Below, piece by piece: positions 1 to 34,275 of a DNA stretch of 64,000 nucleotides (the first letter of the stretch is position 1; the number at the start of each line of letters is the position of its first letter). The notes under the pieces are model-generated. The model did not search any database and had not been told where the DNA came from. It saw only the letters and a program-made list of their open reading frames with translations. Source of the stretch: Tubiluchus corallicola. Lineage: Eukaryota; Animalia; Priapulida. Where the stretch lies: contig JAQGDQ010000303.1 in assembly GCA_030141605.1 (NCBI GenBank), positions 62,001 to 126,000 of the forward strand, given 5' to 3'. The translations under genes and the position numbers were made by a program.

Positions 1-1550
1 ATTATGCAATTGCAGACATTGGTTTAGAAACATACAAATTTGCGCTTGTATTTCCAAAAGACAGTCGATACATTGAGAAGTTTAATTATGGGTAGGCATC
101 ATTGACATAGCATGCACAGTAGTTGATTCGGCAGATTTAAAAGTGGTTGAGATCAATATCTATATATACGTATATACATACATACAAAATAAGCGTAGAC
201 AAGTGGTATTAGGGCAATGCATCCTTTATGCCTAGTAGAACTTGATTTATACAAATGATGTTGGTATGCCGTAATTCAAATTCGTAAGCCAGAATCACAG
301 TATACGCTTATTTTGTATGTATCTGAGAAAAAGAATGATCACTCTGGCTGTTTTAAGTGTATCATTCTCAAATTAAATTAAGCAATTTGTTGAGTGGACC
401 GGCGGTATTTTTGAATAGAAAATCAGATAAAAAAAGTGCTTCACAGTATACTTTCCAAAACGTAAAAGGTTAAAATGTCATTATTAGTCGAATGCCAATA
501 GACTTTTCCATTCATCGCCCGACTAAACAGCCCGAGTAAGCAAAAATTTGAGACAACGTACTAGATAACAAGACTGAGAAACCATCGTTTAAGTTAGATT
601 AACAATATAATGCCTTACTTCATTTCAGTATCGTTAGACTTGCAGAAAATGGACTTATTTACAAATTCAGTCGCTTGCATAAACCAAAAGAGACTAGATG
701 CACATCCAATGAACGAAAGACATCAGATTCAGTGGTTATTGAACTGGATGATATACTTGGGCTTATCATATTCTTTGGTGCTGGCATAGCTATAGCACTT
801 GTAACATTGGCCGTTGAACACGTGCTTATTAGACTCCAAAAGGTTAACGAAACTAATAATCCTATTCTACGATCCCCTGTGACAGATGGCTGGTTTTTAT
901 TATTATTTTTTAAAGAATCGGCAACAAATGTGTTAAGTGTTTTACAAGGGAAACGGGTGATTCCCATGGAAAACACATGGTACATGTCTGAAGATTATCA
1001 ATATATGGCTTCTGCATTGCCTAGCACTTACACTTCTGGAAAAGGTGGTTTACCGAGCACTTATGATGAAAGTTACCTGCCTAGAACTTACAATAGAAGT
1101 CGATTGCCTTCCATGCATCAGCAAACTATGTTTACCTGGACTGAGGAAAACCCAACACCAAATATTCAGACTATTTCAGAAGCGTATCGAGAAGCAGATG
1201 AATCTTATGACATGGTTGGTAGCAAGTATCTGCCTTCCGCTTTTATAGACAGTGCTGTTTTGTGGAACTGCTCAACTAGTACAAACTTTCAAGGAGATTC
1301 CATAGAGGATCCACATTATGAAACAAATGATCTATTAGCCGATGCACACGATGTACGTAGCAGAACTTTTACTAAGCAGCACAGTCTTAAACAGTTGACG
1401 AGACAGAGCAGCAAAACTAGAGGTTTAAATCGCAGTGAAACGAATGATGTTTTAGGTAGGGTTGCAAGTATTGAAAAGCACGGAAAGTGGGATCAAGTAC
1501 GGCGTGTTGTAAAGAAACAAGATGGGGTTCAAACTAATGCTACCGCGTGA
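1..1550 (+). CDS. 3' part of an ionotropic glutamate receptor / variant ionotropic receptor (IR) gene; exons <1-91 and 629-1550
   Basis: Exon 1-91 reads YAIADIGLETYKFALVFPKDSRYIEKFNY(G). Donor GG|gtaggc at 92, acceptor catttcag| at 628, phase 2. The join gives FPKDSRYIEKFNYGIVRLAENGLIYKFSRLHKPKETRC...IELDDILGLIIFFGAGIAIALVTLAVE, the S2 lobe end, conserved Cys and M4 helix of iGluR/IR subunits. A long C-tail follows to TGA at 1548-1550. AATAAA at 1818-1823. Confidence 0.88.
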
Positions 1551-2877
1551 TGAATTTGTTAATATTTAAAGGCGAGAGTAATTCACAAAAATGTATTTTT
1601 GTTTTAGCTTTTGTGTCTAATATACTCTAACTAAAATGCTTAACAAAATCTACTACGGATACTGCAACTACAATGTAACTTAAACTTTTAATTCTGAGCA
1701 ACTACAAGTCACCAGGCTACTAGTAGACAAAAATTTAATCAAGATTTAGAATTTAAGGAAAACGAAGTAAGAAATTCAAAATCTGCAGTAACCAAGAGGT
1801 GCTATATCAGCTAATGCAATAAACGAACTCACGTAAGGACCAGATATTTTTATTTTCTGAAATGTGCTTTAAAAATGAAATTTAAAATGCCTCATTTATA
1901 TTCTTCATGCTTTATTAAACATAGCCACGCTTTTGCGATAACAAATGTGCGTTCATTCCATAACACATTTCAGTAACATCATGACATTGCAATAGCTCAG
2001 CTCAGCTGAAAACTGACTTCTGTCAATATTTGATTTCCCGTAAAATAGGAAATTAACTGTTTACGTGTGACTGTGCTAGTTCCATTTTACCTGCATGGAG
2101 ATAGCACAACAAGTCAAGTTCAGAGAACTCCATTAACATGACCAGTTGATCACTCATTTGAAATGTGATAACAACTATCATATACGTGAAAAACGCAAAA
2201 TAACAGATTTTACGATTTTCGCAATTTTGTACACATCCTCATATTTTTCCTTGTCTTTACGTCAAGAATATGATGTCTAGCACTTGCCTGCGTTGTTGTT
2301 ATTCTTCTCGTTGTCGACAGTTTACTTTGAAGTCACGGTTAAACGACATGGTTTGTTTGGTTCACACTACATGCTAGATTCTAGGATGTTTTACCTCATT
2401 TATGTTAGTTAAAAATCAAGTTAAAAACGAATCTGACTGAAATGTACCAAACATGTTGCAGTCTTTTTTATTACTCGACGGCCCTGCTAGCTTATTTTGC
2501 AGACATTGTATAGCAGTAGTTTTAAAGGAAAGTGATTGACAAAGATCACATTCATCGCAAAGTCAATCATCCATACATTGCTGCCCAAATTTTACGGTTG
2601 GGCTAAAGTTCTTAAAATATTGAAGCATTGTTTCACAGAAAAGGTAGATAACTACAAAACTTCTAAGCTGGTAATTAACTCAATATTTATATTAGTTACT
2701 ACTGGTAAGTTGTATATGTGTCGTGACTTCCCAAATAATAGTAACACGAAACGTCATGCAGGACATGCACATTATACATATTTTTCGGACAGCACTTTTG
2801 TGACCCTGTAAGTAGTAGTAAAAAATTGGAAATACTAAAAGATAAAAGAAGAAAGTCTGAAGTCACAACATTTTTAA

Positions 2878-25223
<22,346 letters not shown>

Positions 25224-25466
25224 TGCATTAGCTGTTTGTGTTGTTATACGACAGGTGCTGTTCTAATCTTCGCCCACGCGCGTTTCCTAACAAGTTTCTA
25301 AAATGTCCAGTTTAAAGGTAACACCAACGCGGTGCATTGAAACCCTGTCATGATTTAATCGAAGAGTGAACCAATTTTCGAGCCATTGACGCGATATTTT
25401 GGCGTTGACGAAGCCAATTAACACGACACTAGACTTCGAGAAGTTAGTAAACTGGACTATCAGAGA

Positions 25467-25476
25467 GCGCATGCGC
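25467..25476. promoter_or_regulatory. Perfect NRF1/EWG-type palindrome GCGCATGCGC about 245 bp upstream of the CNG ATG
   Basis: Exact motif match within a locally CpG-enriched stretch (25270-25490); function is inferred only. Confidence 0.35.
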
Positions 25477-27202
25477 AAAATCGAGCAGCTTCTTAAATGA
25501 GAAGTATGGAGTCTGTCGGAAGATGTCTCTCACATATTAAGTCAGTTTTGTTAAGTTAAAGAAAATTTACAGACCGAATGAATAATGACTGTATTAAAGA
25601 CTGACTAAAACTAGTGCAAAATATTAGGTAGATAGCTGGCTTGTTAAGCTATTGTTATTAACATTAATATATTATTTAGACTGAGTAACATATAATGCAA
25701 TCATATTATACCCGGACGTGCGTGCCATTGTACAATTTAATATATTTAAACAATTAGCCCGGTTACTCGCTTATTGAGCTTCTCTGTCCAATTGCTTAGA
25801 TATGTCGTATAGAACGCCATTTAACGTTGCCTAAGAATCTATTTCGTGAACATGTTATTTAGAATTCCATTTATCGCTGTTCTAGAATCTGTTTTATCGT
25901 AAACAAATTGAACGCGAAGTTACTCTATTGTGATGTCACAATATAAAACTTGTATAAAAGCCATTACACGAACAATGAGAACGAGAACGAGACCAGTTTC
26001 ACGGCGTAAAAGATCTGTTTATAAAGTTAAGTTACATCAGAACCGGCGTAAAGTTACATCAGATCCGAGTAACTCAACAAATACCATGCGTGCTACTTAT
26101 GAAAAACAACAAATAATGTTATGTCGTGTTTCGCTTGTTTCTGATAATTTCTTTCTTGGCATTCCTAAGATGACAATTTTTCTGTCGGGTTTCCATCCAT
26201 GGAACTCTTTTAGAGAAAATTAGTTCTCCGTTAACTTAATCCTCAACAAGAACATAAGCAGATACGTCCTATTAGCAAAGTAGTTCTGAGGGATTTTGAA
26301 TTAGATTTCCGAATCTTACTTTCTAACTGTAGCCTCTTATCTCGAGTGACCATTGACTTGTTTGGCGTGTCCTGTATAAAAATAGCAAAAATTTAAGTGA
26401 TGAAACAAAGACAAAAGCTTCGACACACAGGTAAAAGAAAAACTGATTTTAAAGTAGTGGCAATAAAGGACTAATCCAAGCCAAGATAATCAGTTATTGA
26501 ACAGAATGAGAAAATGCAGCGGTAAATACACCAGTGTGCTGTATTCCTGCAATAAAAAAATATATTGTCTTGGCATTTATGCATGTACAATAGCCACTTT
26601 TTGTTCATAAAATTGGCTACCTAGTGATTAATTTTTTGAACAGGTGTTTTTGTAACGCTTAACACGTGTTTTTGCTTGCTCAATGGAATCTAACCATCCT
26701 TTTAAATGCAATGTGGTTGCCTTTATTGCAAATTCTAAGCAGTTTATTATGTTTCCTTGTTGGCAGCAAAGTTTAAAATTTACCTAGCTTAGTTACGAAA
26801 CTTGGCAAGCTTGCTTGACAACGATGTTGACGATCGTGCTTTACCTTCCTGTAGTAAGGAAACATAACATGAGTTTAAACAAAAACTCGTGTCGCGAAAG
26901 TCATTTTTCTAGATTTTCCTAAAAATTATATGAAATTTTATGTGTATTTTGCCCGGTATTTAGCGGTTATAAGTTTTCGTGTGACGTGATGTTTTCCTGC
27001 ATATTTTTCAGGAATTTTAACTCCAAGGACAAGAAAAGGGATACCTGAAATAGGTTTCAGAAAACTGCCTTAAAAATTATATTACTTTATGGCGATTTTT
27101 ATACGTATATCTCACTCGCATTGAAAGGATTTTTTGTTTGTTTTCATTTTAAATCTCCCGCAATACTGTTCCGACCGCAACATTACGTGACGTCATATAC
27201 GC

Positions 27203-27697
27203 GGTGCGTGTTAAAAATGGCACAGGTAGAAATGACATAGGAAAAAATGGCACGGTAAAAATAGCATAGGTAAAAATGGCGTAGGAAAAAATTGCACAAA
27301 TTGAAAAGTAGGTAAAAGTGCCACAGGAAAAAATTGCACAAATATAAGTATGTTGTAAAAGTACAGTAGATAAAAATGGCACATATGTTATTTTGATGCA
27401 ATTGATTTCTATAATAAAACTAGAATGCGCTCAGTAGAAAGATTCGCATTTTGGCACCTTAAACCCGACTTTCTTCGCAAGTTTCTTGGAAATGTGTTAG
27501 ATAGCTTTTGCGTAAGGGGCTTACTGGCATAACAGGTAGAAAACAACCAAACAAACAGGCAAACGAACAAACAAACTGTGTTGAAGTATAACTTCCTCTG
27601 CAGAGACAAAATAGCTAAAATAATTATCCCCCACAGCAACCCTAACCCTAAACCCATATTTTGCTAAGTGTGCCATTTTTAACTATATTCCATGTAC
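27203..27697. mobile_element. Foldback-like element with tandem 15-bp subterminal repeats enclosing a Helentron/HINE-like segment (copy A)
   Basis: GTTAAAAATGGCACA (27210-27224) is inverted at 27669-27683. Tandem GGTAAAAATGGCACA-like units. Inner 27418-27612 carries a (CAAA)n microsatellite and an ACTAGAATGCGCTCAGTAG end. Confidence 0.7.
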
Positions 27698-30421
27698 GAA
27701 CAACGTAAATCAGGGGAAGAAAAGGAAATGTTCAACTATCACAAAACGTTGCGTGCAAGGTTATATTACTTAGCATTTCGGTTACCTGCTTGAAACTAGA
27801 AAAGAAAATTATTAATTATTGACCAATTGATAAAATGTCGTTGACCCATCTCCAGGTGTAACCAAAAAACGCATTTTTAATCTTATCGACAAGATACAAT
27901 AATTTAAAACTTTATTTAGTTAGTGATGTATGCGCTATGAACGCTTTGATTATTTTTTAAAACTTTACTCAGTGTTATCTAAACATGTTTCAAATGACTT
28001 ATCGTTAAAATGGCTGCGTTTAACAGTCATTACGTGGGAGTTTAGATTTACAAATTAAATACAGCGTTATACAGCGTTTATACTGCATTTATTTTATTGC
28101 TTATTCAGAAATTTGTATTTCTAAAAGTTACATTGCAGCTAGGGGACGGAATATATAATTATGACTTCATCCTCAAAGTAGAAAGATACCCGTATTGTTA
28201 GCTTTACGATGAATTAATTTTGCTAAAAAGTCAGCTAATGTCACGAATTTTAACGCCTTAAAAATTCTTGATAAATTATTATTCTCAAAGGCCAAGTATC
28301 TAGTTTGTTTAAGTGGAGTATTCTCTAGAACCATTCAAGTATATGATCAGCTGTTCCCCTTTTGGCTTTTTCCCAAGTATTAGTACTTGAGTTCATGTAA
28401 TGCTGTAGCAAATTGGAGAATCCTGAGGTAATCAATCTAACGACATGTCCAAACCATCTAGCAAGCAGATGCTTCGGGACCTAGTGAATATGATACATTT
28501 CATTATTACGTTGCTGCGCCATCTATTGAGTAACATTATAAAGTTTCATCATCGATATTTCATGACAGTTTAAACGTATGATACAAAGAAATTGCAAAAT
28601 TAATCGTACATTAAAGAACTTTTATTATTATTTTATTTTCCTTGACAAAAATGATAAATGGTCTGAAATGCCGAACAATAATTCGCTCATTTTTATTCAT
28701 GCAGGCCTTCGCTGAAACTAATTTAGTGCACAAGCTGTTTTAGAAACCTGCTAAACTTTATTTAAAAAATAGTGACAATTTTTCATGCGCAAAAAACAAA
28801 AAGTCTGATCAAGCTAGCAATAAGTATAAGTATTTTTATTTATCATCTTTTTACAGAAAGAAAAACACAGTGCATAAAACGATAATATGATGCAATGTAA
28901 CAGTATTATTACGATAGTTAAACTGATTTGTGAAGGATGGCGAAGAACTAAAAGTTATCAAGGTTAACAACCCTTGTTTTAATACCAATAAAATTTAATA
29001 AATGAAAATGTGAAAATGCGTTTTCTGACATCATTGAAAAAACATTTTATATGGCGAGTAATTAAAAGCTAGGATGAGTGGAAATGAGCTAAATGTTGTT
29101 AACTACGTCGATACACTGTTACAAACTACGTTTAGGTTTTCGAGACCATGTTTGTGATGTAAAAACTTACAGAAACGTTTGTGTTTGAAGCTTTTTCATT
29201 TCTCACATTGTGATATCAGTCAGTGCAAATTAGCCCACCTTCCTCCAGTTCCTTGCATTTAATTTACTAATTAACCAGATACGTATTTAGGGACAACAAA
29301 TTACAGTCTAGTTATACTCACAGTCCTGTTCTCTCAAACGTGAGACACTAGACTCCCAAACAAGAATTTCAAATCTAAGGAGAGGAATTTTGTTCAGAAT
29401 TTCAATTAGTAATGGACATCAGAACTCAGAACATACTCTGCGTACATTCTGCGTATTTGAATATCAAAGTGGAACGCCAATATACATGGACACCAATATA
29501 CTGCATACAGGCCAAAGGGGGCCATTAAAACCGTTAAAACTTAAATTTAAGTTTTGCGCTACGAAGACCTTATCGAAGTTATTATCCAAATCGTATTCTT
29601 GTTTCTTTTTTTGTTAATACACATACTTAAAGATTTTTGGTTTTCCCACCATCATATTTGGTTCAAAATAAAATACGGGTTTCATGGCCCGTTGAAATAA
29701 GGATTTCTTTTTTTATTTAATTGTAATTAAAAGAAAGAAATTTAGTGACATAAATTGTTTTAATACCCGCAAAGAATAATGGTGTTTCGTTATCAGATGA
29801 CAATTTAAATTTGGAGCGGGGGCTGAACTATAATTGCAAGAAAGAGACTGTGATCTGAGAGTGAGACAGAGAACTTTTGAGAAAAATATTTCGAGTGGTG
29901 TTCCTCTAGGTTACTTTTGGTTAGTTTCCTCACAAATCTAGCTGCCTTGTGCCTGCATTTTGATAATTTTTGTCAATTAGGAAGTCTACAATGATAGAAA
30001 ATACTACTAGACTTTAAAAAACTCAAGTATGATCCCTCTTTTAAGGATTTAAATAAATGTGCTATTAAAACATTTTTCAATTATTTTTTCAAGTAACTCA
30101 AAGAGGGCGACTTATACAATTCCACAAAATTGCTACTAAAATTAATTATTCATGATCTTAATTTCAGGATTCTTTGAAACCAAACTTGTTAGAAAGAAAA
30201 AGTCGGGATACAGTAAGGATTGACAATTAACTTTGCAACTAAACAAAATTTGTTTTGTCAGTATGGCGTTTTTGGCTCATAAATTATTTTAACTAGAGAT
30301 CATTGTTTAACTGCTAGAAAATTATAATTTTCAAAACTAATTTACCCTTTGCTCAGACCACTGTAAGCTTATTGCACTATTGTAATGCCACAGTTTTGCT
30401 TATTTAATGTGAAGAGTCGTT

Positions 30422-33310
30422 TTACGAACAAAGTTTTGCCCCTGAGAAGGTGCTGAATAGCCGACTAATGTAATTAAAGTTCCGTCTTCTCTTTCCGTAA
30501 TGAGCTCGTTTTATTTTCACATGCACGTGGTCACCATTATCAAGAGATAGTATCACTGTGTTGGTGCTAGAATCTCGGATGTTGAAACCAGCTGCGTTGC
30601 CTGCATGTAAATACATTCTTTCCTGACCTGCGGCTACTAAGACGGCGAAAACTCTCTCGTAGAAGTCAGAAATTATGGTGACGTCAAAGCTGTACACGCC
30701 TGGTGATGGCACCACAAAGTGCCCGCTACTAACGTCATATCCGTTACCCATATTGGTAAGGACCACATCAAATACTAGAACGCCTTCATACGGTATTACT
30801 GCGTCCCTTCCCATTCTTGCAGAGAAAAATGTCGCCTGGCCTCCTAAAATAAAAACAATTTTGTCCATTAGAAATGGCGGCCAATTATAAATTCATGCTG
30901 TCAATACAAACATAAATATAATTAAATCCAAAATATCGCGTATATCCAAAATAAATTATTTAATTCAGAAGAAAGTTGGTAGAATCTTTTAACTGTTTCA
31001 GGATTTTGAAAAGCTCAATCGCTGTCTAATTGGAGTTTGAATGTTAATTGTTTTTCAAGCAGAAATGGTCTAGAATACTAGAATAAATGGTCTAGAATAC
31101 TATTTCTATGTTCAAGTTGTAGAAAGACGAAAATTTGTTAGAAATTCTATCCCAATTCAATAAAAATGTGCAAAGTAGTGATGTGCCAATGTTTAGAAAA
31201 ACTATAAAAAGATCCGTTCGGCGCACCAATAGCATCTTTTAGGCTTTTAGATAATCAGTATCCAGTATCTATTACCTTTGCAATGGTGAAGAAGTTTATT
31301 GTTTAGTCCCATGGTATGCGCAGCTTTCCCTGAGTCTGTTTCGTTCCTTAGCAAACAATCCTTTTCCACTATGTCCAGTCTTTTTCTCATAACTTTTACA
31401 TTTCTCTTAATCACAGTTGCAGATTTTGCCAGTTTCTTCACGTGCTGTTTTAACAAGCCCATCTTCTTGTTCAACTTCTTGCTTTTTGAAATCCCAGAAT
31501 TTAGATGATCTGCCAATGTAGTGCTGATCTGCCTGGCAGAAGCCCTAGTGCTAACAGCCTGTTTTAGTTTATCGACTTCAAGATTTGTAAAATTAATTTT
31601 AGAATTAACATCTTTAATGTTGAATTTATTCTCATTTAGTAGCGAGACAATGCGATTCAATCTAGCTCGCATTATGGTGGAGTTATTCTCTAGTGAGTGT
31701 ATCACCGTGTTTTTCATCATTTGTACTTTGTTCATATCGACATACTTAACTTCTTCCGCCAGAGTACGCACGTGTTGGCTTATCTCATTAACACTTCTCT
31801 GTTGTTTCTCAAACTCGGATTTAACTAAGTTGATCTCTCTTTTGACGATCGAAATTGCATTAAGAGAGTGGTGATTAGAAGCAGCAGCGCAGGCATTCAA
31901 GTAAGTGTTGTTCGTATTTACTAATTCAGCGAGTGAAACATTTATTATTTTCAGAGCTTCCTTCAGTTCTTTAATATCTTCTTGAGATCCACGATCTGAT
32001 TTTGTAAAGTCTTGAAAACCTTTGTTTAACGCCTTTGTGAAATCATTATGTAATTTGGCAAAGACTTTACTTGTCTGCTCATTAACTGATTCAGCCACTG
32101 CAGTTATTCTGTTTTCGTTACAGTTTAGCTTATCACTCTTTGCCGTCAAGTCGTTGCGTTGAGGTAACCGGTCTCCAATTGCTGCAATTATATCTGCTTT
32201 TCCATTTGTGAGACGATCTTCCAAAAGTTTTAGATTATTGGAGGTCAGCTTACTAAATTGTTTATTAATTAACGTAACAATTTGCTTAGTAAATAAGCCA
32301 CTGTTAAAATTCTTGTTTTTGTTCGTACTTTTTACAATATTGTTCTTAGTTTGCAATAGCAGTTCCTGAACGGCCTTTAAAATCTCGTCTTTTGCTTTTG
32401 TTAGATAAGTTTCGAAGCTATCTACTTTTGTACTTGTTAGTTTATCAAATTGCTCACAGATTTGATCGTTAATCAACCTATTAACTGCAGCAAGAATATC
32501 ATCATTATCTTGCTTAATGTGTTTCATTATTAGCAACTCTGTTTGCTGTGGCGTTCGTTTCATTATTTCTATTATTTCGTCTTTTGCGTCTTTTAGATGA
32601 CTTTCAAAAGTTTTTGCAATTGTTTCCGTGTTTGAGTTACTGTGAAGTTCTTTGATAACATTAATCATCTTATCAGAATCCGATTCAGTCGAGCACTTTA
32701 GAGTTTTTGCTGATTTGGGCGTTTCTTCTGTAAAGTCACCTGCAAGGTTGTCTAATTTGAAGTTTATTTCGTAATTTCCTGAACTAATTTCGACAAGGCT
32801 CTCCGTAAACGATTTCGCCATGTCGTCTATCATTTCGCGGATCTTTCCAAACTCTAAATTCAGGCTGCGAATTAACATATCAAGTTTTTTGTTAACTTCG
32901 TCATAAACTCTATCACTGTCATACAATGCCTGCCTTTTCTCCCTTCCGTGCCTATCATGTTCTTCAAGTTGGTAATCGTTAACATTTTTATTTAAAGCAG
33001 CTGAATCCCCTTTGTCATAATCCTCAATTCTCAGTGTGTTGCTGTGGTGATAACCATATAGAGAGCTTGCCGCATCTGGCTTCCCTTCATCATTAGGAAA
33101 ATAGTTATTGTTTGTGTTCCGAGAAAAACTATCCACTTTCGTTTCTAACTCATTAAAACGGCGAGTTATAATATGAAGCATTTCACTAAACGCCCTTTCG
33201 ATCAGTTCACAATTTTGACATTTCTGGTGCTTTTCGTCAATCAGAGAATAAACTGATATCACGGTAAAATAAGAGATAATCGTTAATTTTATAAAGCATA
33301 CAGCTGCCAT
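30422..33310 (-). CDS. Secreted coiled-coil C1q-domain-containing protein, about 818 aa; exons 33310-31276 and 30843-30422
   Basis: Signal peptide MAAVCFIKLTIISYFTVISVYS and a long helical/coiled-coil exon. Donor AAAG|gtaata and acceptor ttttag|, phase 1. Exon 2 is a globular C1q domain: FFSAR...LVFDVVLTNMGNGYDVSSGHFVVPSPGVYSFDVTI...SSTNTVILSLDNGDHVHVK...STFSGAKL. Confidence 0.92.
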
Positions 33311-34017
33311 GATTTGTTAAGTTTCTACACCGTATTCTTCCAGAAGAGGTTATTTGAGACACATTTTGTTAAATGACTTGAAATAAAAAGTAGTAGAAAC
33401 GATTAATGACGCCAGCACAAATTTGAAGTTTCGTTGAAAACTGCAGCAAAAAGTGGTGATCAAAATAAACTAAAACTAACCCTAAAGCAATTTGAAGAGG
33501 CAAACTACGGTTGACTTATTACGTTTCTTCTGCTTTACTTGTAATGTTCAAAACTGGCTTGAAGCAGAAATGAAATTCGATCATTATTGGCGATTTCATA
33601 TGGCATGTTTTGAGGTCTGAGTCATCACATTTCTTTTATTATTCAGTTTCATACGCGTAAAGGTCATATAGCAAGTGCTTGTAGGTCGTCTCTAAAACGT
33701 ACTGCAAAACGTAGACGATTATTACGCATTAAAAATTTCCATCTTTGAAGTTCAATATTTTCAGTCGAATGCAAGCAGGTGTGCGGTTGTGTTATAGCAA
33801 CTCTTTACTAGTTATAGCATTTACTTTAAGTAGATCATTTAAGCGTTTTTAAAAACAACCATGCGATATATTTGCATGAGTTCAAACGTCACGTTTTTGT
33901 GAAGTAGATGGAGTCTTCTTTGTAGTAAACAGAGAAACTCGATTAACTAAACGAAAGACCTCAAAACAATGGAAGCACCATTTACTGCTTACGAACTAGA
34001 ACACTAGCTACTTACGA

Positions 34018-34275
34018 CACTGCAACAATGACTGCACATTGGCACGAATCACTGCACCAGTTAGTGCACGCCAAAACGAAGTATTGCAACAATTATTACA
34101 CACTAGCATGAAGCATTGCACCAACCACAACAAAGCACTGTAACAATTACTGTACATGATTGGCATGAAGCACTGCACCAGTTGCCGCACACCCAAAACA
34201 AAACATTGCACTAATTACAACACATTGGCACGAAGTACTGCACCAATTCCCGCGACCGGCACGAAGCACGACCGC
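34018..34275. repeat. Degenerate minisatellite with ~25-33-bp units (core GCACGAAGCACTGCACCA)
   Basis: About 8 diverged units visible, roughly 700 bp upstream of the C1q gene ATG. Confidence 0.7.

Noticed and set aside
659-985. 108-aa minus-strand ORF
   Set aside because: Antisense shadow of the iGluR/IR terminal exon. The 675 start of the plus ORF is also not a true start, because the exon begins at 629.
25282-25840. RFX X-box-like words upstream of the CNG gene (GTTTCCTAACAAG, GTTGCCTAAGAAT)
   Set aside because: Only one half-site matches in each case, which is too weak to call.
27638-27655. Telomere-like AACCCTAACCCTAAACCC
   Set aside because: Only about 3 units, and part of the foldback-like element, with a degenerate counterpart near 61290.
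31247-31275. C-terminus GNRYWILII of the 687-aa ORF as a stand-alone gene
   Set aside because: It is read-through into the intron; a phase-1 donor at 31275 joins in frame to the C1q exon.
34018-34275. CRISPR-like repeat/spacer appearance
   Set aside because: Eukaryotic context, degenerate repeats, short related linkers and no cas genes; it is a minisatellite.
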